Assembly: GCA_949289445.1 (NCBI GenBank)
Contig: CASEOD010000028.1
Span: 14,897-78,896 of the forward strand
Direction of reading: 5' to 3'
Source: an uncultured Eubacteriales bacterium
GTDB taxonomy: Bacteria; Bacillota; Clostridia; Peptostreptococcales; Anaerovoracaceae
Length of the DNA: 64,000 bases
Numbering within the stretch: the stretch's first letter is position 1; each line of letters starts with the position of its first letter. Positions 29,465 to 38,966 of this stretch are shown here, piece by piece. Under the pieces are notes generated by a model that was not told where the DNA came from, searched no databases, and saw nothing but the letters and a program-made list of their open reading frames with translations. Both the position numbers and the translations under genes were made by a program.

Positions 29465-30298
29465 TTAAGCTTCCGCTTTTTCTGCAGCCGGCTTTGCCGC
29501 AGGTGCTTTTTTGATTCTCATATTATTGATTGCACCGGTAGGACATTCCTTCGCGCAGAGGCCGCAGTTCTTACACTTTTCAGGATCGATTCTTGCCACG
29601 TTGTTTTCAACTGTGATAGCCTCAAATTTACAGGTCTTTTCACATTTTCTGCATCCGATGCAGCCGTTGGTGCAGGCTTTTCTTGTATCAGCACCCTTCG
29701 CTTCGGATTTACACTGTACCACAACCAGATTTTTCGCACTCTGAATTTTAATCACAGAGTTCGGACAGGTCTTGGCACAAACGCCACATCCCACACAGTT
29801 GTCTCTGTTTACCACAGCAACGCCATCACAGATGTGAATCGCGTCAAAATCACAGGCCGCTTCGCAGTCTCCCAGACCGATACAGCCGTAAGGGCAGGCA
29901 GACAGACCGCCAAAGAACTGCTTTGCAGCAGAACATGTCTGCATGCCGCCGTATTCCATGATTGTCTTGGCAGCTTCCTTCGTTCCGTTACACATTACCA
30001 CTGCAACCTGCTTGTCGGCAGAGCCGGATTCCACACCCAGAATCGCAGCCAGCTTCTCGGCTACAGCAGCGCCGCCCACAGGACATTTGGAGCAGCTGAG
30101 GGAATGATCAGCAGCCAGTGCATTGGCATAATCGTCACATCCTGCAAAACCGCAGGCACCGCAGTTGGCACCGGGCAGTTCTTCACGCAGTTTAGCGAAA
30201 GTTTCATCAACAGGTACAAAGAATACCTTAGAAGCAATGGTCAGAATGACAGCGCAGACCAGACCGATTGCCACAACAATTAAAATTGGTGTTACCAT
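29465..30298 (-). CDS. rnfB: Rnf complex subunit B
   Basis: LPGANCGACGFAGC and multiple CxxCxxCxxxCP ferredoxin motifs. Confidence 0.96.
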   Translation of the reverse strand: MVTPILIVVAIGLVCAVILTIASKVFFVPVDETFAKLREELPGANCGACGFAGCDDYANALAADHSLSCSKCPVGGAAVAEKLAAILGVESGSADKQVAVVMCNGTKEAAKTIMEYGGMQTCSAAKQFFGGLSACPYGCIGLGDCEAACDFDAIHICDGVAVVNRDNCVGCGVCAKTCPNSVIKIQSAKNLVVVQCKSEAKGADTRKACTNGCIGCRKCEKTCKFEAITVENNVARIDPEKCKNCGLCAKECPTGAINNMRIKKAPAAKPAAEKAEA

Positions 30299-30316
30299 AC
30301 CATTCGCCTCCTATTC

Positions 30317-30892
30317 TTACTGGAACAATCCGCTGAAGCCCATGAAGCCCAGAGATAACATAGCAGCAGTAATTAATGTAATAGGAACTCCTCTGAATGC
30401 CATCGGAACGCCTTCTTCATTTTCCAGTTTGCTTCTCACACCTGCAAACAGAACCATGGCAAGCAGGAAACCGGCACCGGCACCGAAAGCGTTGGCGATT
30501 GATAACAGATATCCGTAACCGGCATCAATATTGGAGATGCACACGCCCAGAACCGCACAGTTTGTCGTGATCAGCGGCAGATATACACCCAGCGCCTTGT
30601 GCAGAGCAGGGAGATATTTCTTCATCATCATTTCAATCAGCTGTACCAGCGCTGCAATAACCAGAATGAACACTACCGTCTGCAGATATCCAATGTTGAA
30701 ATTGTTCAAAACCAGCATGATAGGCCAGGTTGCGATGGTTGCCAGTACCATGACAAAGATAACCGCAATACCCATACCCACTGCTGAATCCAGCTTCTTG
30801 GATACGCCGAGGAACGGACAGATACCCAGGAACTGCGCCAGTACATAGTTGTTAACGAGAATCATGCTCATGATTACAGTGATTGCTAGCAT
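30317..30892 (-). CDS. rnfA: Rnf complex subunit A
   Basis: NNYVLAQFLGICPFLG, YLPLITTNCAVLG. Confidence 0.96.
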   Translation of the reverse strand: MLAITVIMSMILVNNYVLAQFLGICPFLGVSKKLDSAVGMGIAVIFVMVLATIATWPIMLVLNNFNIGYLQTVVFILVIAALVQLIEMMMKKYLPALHKALGVYLPLITTNCAVLGVCISNIDAGYGYLLSIANAFGAGAGFLLAMVLFAGVRSKLENEEGVPMAFRGVPITLITAAMLSLGFMGFSGLFQ

Positions 30893-31599
30893 ACTTCTTC
30901 AGCTCCTTTCTCTACACATCCGTTCTTTTCTTTTCTCGCGCCGCCGCACATTGCAGCCATTGCACATCCTTCACAGCCAAATTCTTTCTTCTTCAGAGCC
31001 TTTCCTTTGGTCAGGAAGTTTACAGCGGCAATCAGGCATCCGAATACGAAGAATCCGCCCGGAGCCAGATTGAAGATTCCCATGCCCGGAACGATGTCTG
31101 TCAGAACTTCTACACCGAACAGTGTGCCGCTTCCGAAAAATTCTCTGATCAGACCCATAATGCCCAGAGCAATGGTGAAACCGATACCCATGCCGATACC
31201 GTCCAGTGCGGAATCAAACGGGTTGTTCTTGCTGGCGAACATCTCTGCTCTTCCCAGAATGATACAGTTTACTACGATCAATGGGATAAAGAGTCCCAGA
31301 GAAGCGTACAGGGAAGGTACAAACGCCTGCAGCAGCAGCTGAACCACTGTTACAAATCCGGCAATTACGACGATGTAGCACGGAATACGGACATTGTCAG
31401 GAATAATTTTTCTGAGTAATGAAATTACAATATTGGAACAGATCAGTACTGCCATGGCAGAAACGCCCATTCCGATACCATTGATTGCTGAAGAAGTAGT
31501 TGCCAGTGTAGGACAGGTTCCCAGCAGCAGTACCAGTACAGGATTTTCCTTGATGATACCCTTGGTAAGGATGCTTAATTTACTTGGCTTGTTTTCCAT
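30886..31599 (-). CDS. rnfE: Rnf complex subunit E
   Basis: ENPVLVLLLGTCP, FIPLIVVNCIILGRAE. Confidence 0.96.
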   Translation of the reverse strand: MENKPSKLSILTKGIIKENPVLVLLLGTCPTLATTSSAINGIGMGVSAMAVLICSNIVISLLRKIIPDNVRIPCYIVVIAGFVTVVQLLLQAFVPSLYASLGLFIPLIVVNCIILGRAEMFASKNNPFDSALDGIGMGIGFTIALGIMGLIREFFGSGTLFGVEVLTDIVPGMGIFNLAPGGFFVFGCLIAAVNFLTKGKALKKKEFGCEGCAMAAMCGGARKEKNGCVEKGAEEVC

Positions 31600-32159
31600 T
31601 ATTTCGCACCTCCTACTTCCTTATATTGTTCTAAAGCGCAGTATACGCCGTAATGAACCGCATTGGATGAAATGGTTGCTCCGGTTACATGAGTAATGGA
31701 GCTGTCATCTTTGGCAGATGTGGATGTCAGTTCCGAAAGACCTTTATACTGTTCCAGATAACCTGCATCGTGAGCCTTGGTTCCAAGACCCGGAGTATCT
31801 GCATGGGCAGTAACCTTTACACCGGTAATCTTCCCCTCAGAATCAATACCGATCATTTCGGTCAGAGCTCCGCCGAAGGATTTGGTGCTTACCGTTACAA
31901 CCATGCCGGAGCCGTTGTCAGCGATGTAGCACTCTTCTACAAAAACTTTATCCGGATCTGAAACTGCCAGATCACCCTCATATTCAGTAAAGCTGTCAGC
32001 TGCCGGAAGCAGTTCCATACGGGCTTCATCAGCTGTTTTCTTTGTATTTGCATCGATAATCGGTTTGGTTACGCCGTAGGTTGCCGCAAGAGCCGCTGTA
32101 ATAACCAGACAGATTGCAACCAGAACGACGATAGGTGCGAATGTATTGTTATTTTTCAT
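31599..32159 (-). CDS. rnfG: Rnf complex subunit G
   Basis: DTPGLG and FMN-attachment motif TGATISS. Confidence 0.95.
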   Translation of the reverse strand: MKNNNTFAPIVVLVAICLVITAALAATYGVTKPIIDANTKKTADEARMELLPAADSFTEYEGDLAVSDPDKVFVEECYIADNGSGMVVTVSTKSFGGALTEMIGIDSEGKITGVKVTAHADTPGLGTKAHDAGYLEQYKGLSELTSTSAKDDSSITHVTGATISSNAVHYGVYCALEQYKEVGGAK

Positions 32160-33135
32160 TTTTCTTTGCACCTCCATATGTTAATTTAATGCACAGCTGA
32201 TCGATCAGCGGTGTCATAATGTTCATCAGCAGGATGGAGAAGGAAACTCCTTCCGGATAGGAACCCCAGAGTCTTACAACCATGGTGATTATACCGCAGC
32301 CGATGCCCATGATCACTTTTCCAAGAGGCATGATCGGGGAAGTTACATAGTCGGTTGCCATGAAGAATGCACCCAGCATTACGCCGCCGGCGCAGACATG
32401 GAACACTGCCATATGTAATGCACCCAGCTCACTGCCGGCAATACCGTAGTACAGCAGTGCAATGACAAACACAGTACCCACAAAGCATACCGGGATAATC
32501 GGAGAGATGATCTTCTTCCAGATGAGGAACAGACCGCCAATCAGCAGTGCGATAGCGGAAACCTCACCCATGGAACCACCGATGGTTCCCAGGAACATTT
32601 CCATATTGGAAGGCAGGTCCGCCACACTTCCTTCACTGAGGATTCCCAGCGGAGTCGGACTTGTTGCCGCATCAATGGTGGAAGTTCTCGGTACCGGCCA
32701 GGTTGTCATTTCTGTCGCAAAGGAAATAAACAGTACAATTCTGGCTGTAATAGCAGGGTTTACAACGTTTCTTCCGATTCCGCCGTAAAGCTGCTTTACA
32801 ATCACGATTGCAACAAAGCAGCCGATCACCGCCATCCAGTAAGGGAAACTGGAAGGCACGTTAAACGCAATCAGCACACCTGTTACCGCAGCAGACAGAT
32901 CTCCCACAGTCTGTCTCTTGTGCATCAGCTTATTATAGAGCCATTCGAAGCCTACACTTGCAACGACACATACCAGTGTCAGCAAGATGACTCTGGCGCC
33001 GAATACATATATACTTACACAGAAAGAAGGTACCAGTGCAGCAAGCACCATTGCCATTGTTTTGCTTGTATCCAGCTTCGTCACCAGATGTGGCGCGGAG
33101 GATACCGCCAGATTATTATAGTATGTCTTATCCAT
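32149..33135 (-). CDS. rnfD: Rnf complex subunit D
   Basis: SSAPH, KQLYGGIG, TSPTPL (FMN Thr), FMATDYVTSP. Confidence 0.96.
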   Translation of the reverse strand: MDKTYYNNLAVSSAPHLVTKLDTSKTMAMVLAALVPSFCVSIYVFGARVILLTLVCVVASVGFEWLYNKLMHKRQTVGDLSAAVTGVLIAFNVPSSFPYWMAVIGCFVAIVIVKQLYGGIGRNVVNPAITARIVLFISFATEMTTWPVPRTSTIDAATSPTPLGILSEGSVADLPSNMEMFLGTIGGSMGEVSAIALLIGGLFLIWKKIISPIIPVCFVGTVFVIALLYYGIAGSELGALHMAVFHVCAGGVMLGAFFMATDYVTSPIMPLGKVIMGIGCGIITMVVRLWGSYPEGVSFSILLMNIMTPLIDQLCIKLTYGGAKKNEK

Positions 33136-34451
33136 TATTTAATTCCAGCCTCCTTTACAACAGCTTTTCCGAGCTTGTTCATGAATCCCAGTGGTCTTCT
33201 TGCAGGACATACATAGGAACAGCTTCCGCATTCCATGCACTGCATAACCTGCAGATCGCTCAGCTTCTGCGCATCTCTGCGCTCATAAGCCTCAGCAAGA
33301 GCTGTCGGCAGAAGATTGAACGGACAGGCCTGATGACATCTTCCGCAATTGATACATGCGGTTTCTTCAGGAATGTAGGACTTTTCTTTTGAGAATGCCA
33401 GAATTGCATTGTTGTTCTTTACAATCGGCATTGCATCAGAAAAGATCGCTCTTCCCATCATCGGACCGCCCATCAGAATTTTCTTCGGTTCGGCTTTATA
33501 TCCGCCGCAGAATTCCACAACGTCATGAATCATGGTTCCGATAGGAGCGATAATATTCTTAGGCTGTGCAACTGCATCACCGTCTACAGTCATTCTCTTG
33601 TTTACAAGTGGAATGCCGTTTCTGAAATACTGTCCCACAAATGCAACGGAAGTTACATTGGAAAGGATTACGCCAAGATCAGCAGGCAGTACGCCGGCCT
33701 TCATCTCTTTGCCGGTGATCTCGTAGACCAAAACACGCTCCGCACCCTTCGGATATCTTGCCTGCAGTTTGAAGGTATGCATGTTGGTAAGACCCTGCTC
33801 AGCAAACATTCTGTCAAGCTTTTCGATAGCGTCAGGCTTGTTCTCTTCGATTCCGATATAACCTTCGTCCAGTCCGATATACTCCATGATCAGCTTCATG
33901 CCGTCGATAATGTCCTGGGTATCTTCCAGCATGGTTCTGTGGTCAGAAGTAATAAACGGTTCACATTCTGCACCATTGACAATTAAGGTATGCACCTCAT
34001 CAATATTTTTTGGATTGTACTTGATATGTGTAGGGAAAGAAGCGCCGCCCAGTCCCACAAGGCCGCTGTCTCTGACTGCTTTTACAAAGCTCTGTAAGTC
34101 GTTTACCTCAGGAACCTTGATGTTCTCACACATTTCCTGTTTTTTGTCAGTTTCGATGACAACCAGCGTGTCGTTACCGGCTGCGGCGGAACGCTGTGTT
34201 TCAATACCTACAACAGTTCCGGATACGCTGGAATGAATCGGTGCACTTACAAAAGCATCCGTATCTCCGATAAGTTGTCCCACCTTGACTGTGTCGCCTT
34301 TGGCAACTAAAGGCTTGCAAGGGGCGCCGATGTGCTGTGACATCGAAATCTTCACAATGTCGGGAATCGGCATAACCTCGGTTTCACAGCCGGCGGTGTT
34401 CTTGTAGTGGCCGGCGTCAATGCTATGTAAATGCTTTGCATTTGCGCTCAT
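33135..34451 (-). CDS. rnfC: Rnf complex subunit C
   Basis: QHIGAP, GLGGASFPT, NGAECEP, GGPMMG, CINCGRC, CMECGSC. Confidence 0.96.
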   Translation of the reverse strand: MSANAKHLHSIDAGHYKNTAGCETEVMPIPDIVKISMSQHIGAPCKPLVAKGDTVKVGQLIGDTDAFVSAPIHSSVSGTVVGIETQRSAAAGNDTLVVIETDKKQEMCENIKVPEVNDLQSFVKAVRDSGLVGLGGASFPTHIKYNPKNIDEVHTLIVNGAECEPFITSDHRTMLEDTQDIIDGMKLIMEYIGLDEGYIGIEENKPDAIEKLDRMFAEQGLTNMHTFKLQARYPKGAERVLVYEITGKEMKAGVLPADLGVILSNVTSVAFVGQYFRNGIPLVNKRMTVDGDAVAQPKNIIAPIGTMIHDVVEFCGGYKAEPKKILMGGPMMGRAIFSDAMPIVKNNNAILAFSKEKSYIPEETACINCGRCHQACPFNLLPTALAEAYERRDAQKLSDLQVMQCMECGSCSYVCPARRPLGFMNKLGKAVVKEAGIK

Positions 34452-34771
34452 ATTTGAAACCTTCCTTTCTAAAATAGTCGTCTTATAATCATACAGGATA
34501 TATTATACTACAATACTCGGCAAAAATCATTATAAATTTTGACAGAAAATTAACTTTCCTGAATTTTCCTTTACTGTGCTTTATCCCCATTATATGCGGG
34601 TTTGGGCGGTCTAAAACTGAAAAGTTTCCGGGATTCTGCGGCAGAAATTCACATTCATACACATTCCACCGGATGCTGCCGGGATTTTATCGATGTTGGA
34701 AATTAAGAGGGTCATGCTAACATACCGCAAAACCATACCGGTTATATACAAACTAAAACACCAAAAAACAG

Positions 34772-34815
34772 AAAAACCGCTGACAGCTTGAAATCAAGCG
34801 TTTTCAGCGGTTTTT
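34772..34815 (-). terminator. Terminator/inverted repeat 3' of tRNA-Thr
   Basis: AAAAACCGCTGA...TCAGCGGTTTTT. Confidence 0.6.
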
Positions 34816-34819
34816 GTTA

Positions 34820-34895
34820 TGGAGCTCCCGGCCGGGATCGAACCGGCGACCTGCGCGTTACGAATGCGCTGCTCTGCCAACTGAGCCACGGAAGC
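34820..34895 (-). tRNA. tRNA-Thr (anticodon CGT)
   Basis: Reverse complement GCTTCCGTGGCTCAGTTGGCAGAGCAGCGCATT-CGT-AACGCGCAGGTCGCCGGTTCGATCCCGGCCGGGAGCTCCA; cloverleaf, GTTCGA T-loop, encoded CCA. Confidence 0.95.
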
Positions 34896-34951
34896 ATCAT
34901 GCGGGCAAGACCGAGCTTTGCCCGCTGTCAAACAGTATACCACATATTTTT

Positions 34952-37900
34952 TCATTTCACAAGATCATATCTGCATCCTGGGAAATTTAAATCAAATCTG
35001 CAGATCGATCGGTATTCACAGTATACACACGGGGAGGTTCTGTCCGTCTTCTTCGGTCTGATGGCAATTCTTCCGGAAGACAGTCTTCCGCAGAGCATGC
35101 TTATCTGTCTGTCCACATCTGCCTGCAGCTCCGCAAATTCCTCCTCACTCAGGAGAAATCCTTCCGAAGTTGCCTTGACGCCCTCTTTGCTCATCCGTAG
35201 CGGAAGAATATCCGAAAAACCTTCAAACTCTCCTGCAATATCGTCAATTACCCGGGCATCGTCTACCATGATGCCATCCAGTCTGAAAGATTTCCTCATT
35301 TCTTTTGAAATTTTTTCAGAAATATTCTCCTGTTCCGTCTCGGTCAGATCCACCCTGGGATCATCGATGAGAAAATAGAACACTCCCGCCGGTTTTTTCT
35401 TATTCTGCTGGGCAGCTTTCAGGTACAGCATCAGCTGAAGTCTGTAGCCTCTGCGGGCCTCTTTTACATCAAAGGTCTCCTTTCCGGTCTTATAGTCGAT
35501 AATCTTCACCCGATCCCCTTTCAGAAGATCCAGCCTGTCGATTTTTCCTTCTATATATATGTACTGTCCTTCCACAGACACCTCCACAGGCGGAATATCG
35601 CAGTTCCTGCCAAAAGGCACTTCATAAAGGCTTTCTTCAATCTTTCCCGCACGAACCTGTTCAATGAGAACCCAGCACACATGAAAACAGGTGTCCTCTA
35701 TTCTTTTTGTCTTATAGCGCTCTTCATTACTGAAAGAAAAGAGTCCTTCCCGGTAAGTTTCTGCCTCTTTCAGCGCTGTTTCACGGACAAAACTTCTGCA
35801 TTCTTCCTCCGTAACCGTATCCCAGGTGTTTTCTTCTGTCAGTTTTCGGGAAATTTCCATGAGACAGCTGTGATAAATATCACCGATTTCACGGCCGGCG
35901 ACCTGAAAGATGCGACGTTCTTCCGGTCTGAGTCCGTATGCCACAAAATGAGAAAATGGACATCTGCTGAATCGTTCCAGTCTGGACGGACTCAAAACGA
36001 GAGGAAGATTTATATCTCTGCGATACAGCAGATCTGCCAGTTCCCCTGAAATATCATTCTGAGTGTTTGTAAAGGCAAGTCCTTCAGAAATCTGTGCCAG
36101 ACTGTCCGGTTCATGAGTTCGATACCAGTCAATCACGGCCTTCCAGCCTCCGTCGATTTTTTCTCCCCTTCTCCCTCGCTGCAGCGCAGCAGTCAGATGG
36201 CGCAGAGTGCTGATCCGCCCTCCTACCAGTTCCTTCATATTCCCGCTGCTGATAATATCCTGTTCTACGGTCAGATCAGGAAAGATTCTCAACAGAGTAT
36301 CGATAATTTCTGAAGGCCTCGTCTCCCGTCCTTCTTCATCACTGGCCGAAAAACTGATCCACAGATAATCTGACGGTTCACAAAGATTCCGGTAAATGGC
36401 AAGGCGCTCTTCCATGACACGGATTCTGTCCACCTTACACAGTTCCTTTCCTTCCTCTGCCAGATATTCCAGCTCCTCAAAACTGAACAGACCCTCATCT
36501 GTAGCTCCCGCCGGCAGCAGTCCCTCGTTGGCTCCCAGAACCAGCACTGCCTTCACTCTGCCGCTTCTGGTCCTCTGCATGGTACCCATAAGAATTTCGT
36601 CAGAAGTCGGAGGCAGTACGCCTGTTTCAAGCTGAGACAGTCCGGCAGTCAGAAGTCCTTCAAAAACGCTTCCCTCAAAAGGTTCTTCTCCGGCCAGCTC
36701 CACAATCTGGTCAAAAAGCCCCATAATCTGTCCCCAGATCTGAGCTGTTTCTTCCGCCAGATCCAGAAAACCCTGTTCCTGCTGTTTCTGCATCAGAGAC
36801 CTGAGTTTCTCTCCCATCTGCAGCCTCTCTATCAGAAAATCATAGTAGTCCTTCACAAAAGTACCGGTATTGCCGGCTGCTTCACAAAGCTGCTTCAGCA
36901 CGAGAAAAGGCTCAACGGCTCTTTCTCTTATGTCATTGAGGGCATCAAGTCCATCGTCCCCATATTCCAGCGCTCCTTTCACAAAGGGTCTTTCCCACAT
37001 GGTTCCCTTGATTCTGTATTTCACCGCATAATTCTCCAGCTGCTCGATTTCCTCATAATCAAGGTTCAGAAATCCGGTTTTCAATGCTTTGAAAAGGTCT
37101 GCAGTTCTCATCCCGTAAACCACCGTCTCCAGCATGGAGGTCACTGCGGCGGCCGCAGGAGAACTGAGAACAGACCGCTTTCTGTCATCAAAAAGCGGAA
37201 TTCCGTATTCCTGAAAAACTCTGCTGATAATCGAACCCCTGACATTCTGATCGTTACAGATGACCATAATATCGCGGCAGCGAAATCCCTTGTCCCGCAG
37301 AAGATGCAGAATATAGGAAGCTGCGCTTTCCGCCTCGCTGTACATGTTGGCGGCCTGCACCACCGTGACAGACTGTTCTTCTTTCTTTGTCAGCTTCAGA
37401 GGTCGCCTTGCCACGGCATAAAGTTCCTTTTCCAGATGAGAAACAGCCTCACTCTTATGCTCCCTGTCAAAGCCGCAGCCTTCCACTACCTGAATCTGTC
37501 TGTGTTCCACACTGAATATTTCGGCCTGATGTTCCAGCCCCTTTATCACCAGCTCCGTCAGCAAAAAGAGTTCCTCATCTCTGCAGTTCCTGTCACATGT
37601 TAGAAATACATTCATCTCACGGGCTGATGCCATGAGATTTCCCAGCACTGCCAGCGCCTTAGGTGCAAAACTGTCAAAGCCGTAAACCCATATCCGGCTT
37701 TCCGCAATCAGTTCAGAACCGGAAATCTTACTCATGTACAGATCGATATAATCCTCAGAATCCGTATATTTTCCTTCTATCCGCTTCTGATATTCGTCAA
37801 ACAGAATCTGCAGGTCCGCAAGTTTTGCCGACAGCAGGCTTTCTTCATCCAGTCCGCTGCGCAGCTGCCGCAGATCGCTGCTCGTTACCTGATACTGTTT

Positions 37901-38269
37901 CATTTCAGAGATGAAGTTATTAGTCATCTCAATAAAAGAATTTTTCCGCAGATTTCCCCGAAAGACCTGCAGACGATCCTCACATTGTGACAGAATCTGA
38001 AACAGCAGCATGTGACGTCCGTATTTATCGATGAAGGTTTTTCCTCCTCCACCCCGGGCCGCAATCAGCCTTCCCCCAAGACGGGAAAAACTGAGAACCT
38101 CCACGTTCATCATACCCTCTGTACGAAGCAGGGAGAACGCCTGCTTTTCTGCTTCCAGCGTATACTGATCAGGCACGATAACCAGCGTTCTCCCTTTCTT
38201 TTCTGCAATGGAGCTGTAAATGAATTTTTCTTTATCGATACTTTCTCTACCGTAAAAGATGTTCAGCAT
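34952..38269 (-). CDS. addB: ATP-dependent helicase/nuclease subunit B
   Basis: IVPDQYT, LSPSRLERFSRCPF, GKIDRLD, IIDYKTG, LQLMLY, PCVYCEYRSIC (Fe-S nuclease). Confidence 0.92.
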   Translation of the reverse strand: MLNIFYGRESIDKEKFIYSSIAEKKGRTLVIVPDQYTLEAEKQAFSLLRTEGMMNVEVLSFSRLGGRLIAARGGGGKTFIDKYGRHMLLFQILSQCEDRLQVFRGNLRKNSFIEMTNNFISEMKQYQVTSSDLRQLRSGLDEESLLSAKLADLQILFDEYQKRIEGKYTDSEDYIDLYMSKISGSELIAESRIWVYGFDSFAPKALAVLGNLMASAREMNVFLTCDRNCRDEELFLLTELVIKGLEHQAEIFSVEHRQIQVVEGCGFDREHKSEAVSHLEKELYAVARRPLKLTKKEEQSVTVVQAANMYSEAESAASYILHLLRDKGFRCRDIMVICNDQNVRGSIISRVFQEYGIPLFDDRKRSVLSSPAAAAVTSMLETVVYGMRTADLFKALKTGFLNLDYEEIEQLENYAVKYRIKGTMWERPFVKGALEYGDDGLDALNDIRERAVEPFLVLKQLCEAAGNTGTFVKDYYDFLIERLQMGEKLRSLMQKQQEQGFLDLAEETAQIWGQIMGLFDQIVELAGEEPFEGSVFEGLLTAGLSQLETGVLPPTSDEILMGTMQRTRSGRVKAVLVLGANEGLLPAGATDEGLFSFEELEYLAEEGKELCKVDRIRVMEERLAIYRNLCEPSDYLWISFSASDEEGRETRPSEIIDTLLRIFPDLTVEQDIISSGNMKELVGGRISTLRHLTAALQRGRRGEKIDGGWKAVIDWYRTHEPDSLAQISEGLAFTNTQNDISGELADLLYRRDINLPLVLSPSRLERFSRCPFSHFVAYGLRPEERRIFQVAGREIGDIYHSCLMEISRKLTEENTWDTVTEEECRSFVRETALKEAETYREGLFSFSNEERYKTKRIEDTCFHVCWVLIEQVRAGKIEESLYEVPFGRNCDIPPVEVSVEGQYIYIEGKIDRLDLLKGDRVKIIDYKTGKETFDVKEARRGYRLQLMLYLKAAQQNKKKPAGVFYFLIDDPRVDLTETEQENISEKISKEMRKSFRLDGIMVDDARVIDDIAGEFEGFSDILPLRMSKEGVKATSEGFLLSEEEFAELQADVDRQISMLCGRLSSGRIAIRPKKTDRTSPCVYCEYRSICRFDLNFPGCRYDLVK

Positions 38270-38288
38270 AGCGTCTCCTTACCTGCTT

Positions 38289-38936
38289 CTATCCCCGCAA
38301 TATCTCAAACAGATCCTCTGCCTTATCTATGACAAATTCAGGCCTGTCGGGACCTGCCATATCTTCTTCACTGACAGCTTCCGCCCAGCCTACCAGCACT
38401 GCTTTTATTCCTGCATTGTGCGCACATCTGATGTCGAACATGCTGTCCCCCACCATCACTGTCTCCTTTGGATCTGCACCCAGCTTTTCCAGGGAAATCA
38501 GCGCCGGAGCAGGATCGGGTTTGTGTTTTTCCGTATCTTCACAAGTCACCAGACAGTCAAGGATATCTGCAATTCCGAATTTTCTCAGACCGATTACAGT
38601 GGTGTTTTTCAGGCGCGAAGTCGCAACCCCGACCTTGTATCCGTCTTTTTTCAGTTTTCGGATCAGCTCTGTCATCCCGGGAAAAGGTTCTATCATCTCC
38701 TCATAAATGTCCTTCTGATGATTCCGATAAATCGCAATGGCTTCCTCAACAGGAGTTTCCGGAAAAGCCTTCTCCATGCTGACGGCCAGCGGTTCTCCAA
38801 AGGTGGCCTTGATCACAGCCTCGTTTTCTTCTTTCCCCGTCAGCGTCAGATAAACTTTCTGCCAGGATTCGATAACCAGTCTGTTGGTGTTGGCAACAGT
38901 GCCGTCAAAATCGAAAATAATGGTGTTAAAAGCCAT
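38289..38936 (-). CDS. HAD-IA hydrolase (PpaX/phosphoglycolate phosphatase-like)
   Basis: FDFDGT, KHKPDP, MVGDSMFD. Confidence 0.9.
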   Translation of the reverse strand: MAFNTIIFDFDGTVANTNRLVIESWQKVYLTLTGKEENEAVIKATFGEPLAVSMEKAFPETPVEEAIAIYRNHQKDIYEEMIEPFPGMTELIRKLKKDGYKVGVATSRLKNTTVIGLRKFGIADILDCLVTCEDTEKHKPDPAPALISLEKLGADPKETVMVGDSMFDIRCAHNAGIKAVLVGWAEAVSEEDMAGPDRPEFVIDKAEDLFEILRG

Positions 38937-38966
38937 AACGTTCCTTTCTGTTTCAGTAATTTTCTT

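Noticed and set aside
34539-34556. Possible Rex operator upstream of rnfC (TTGACAGAAAATTAACTT)
   Set aside because: Several mismatches to the Rex palindrome in AT-rich DNA
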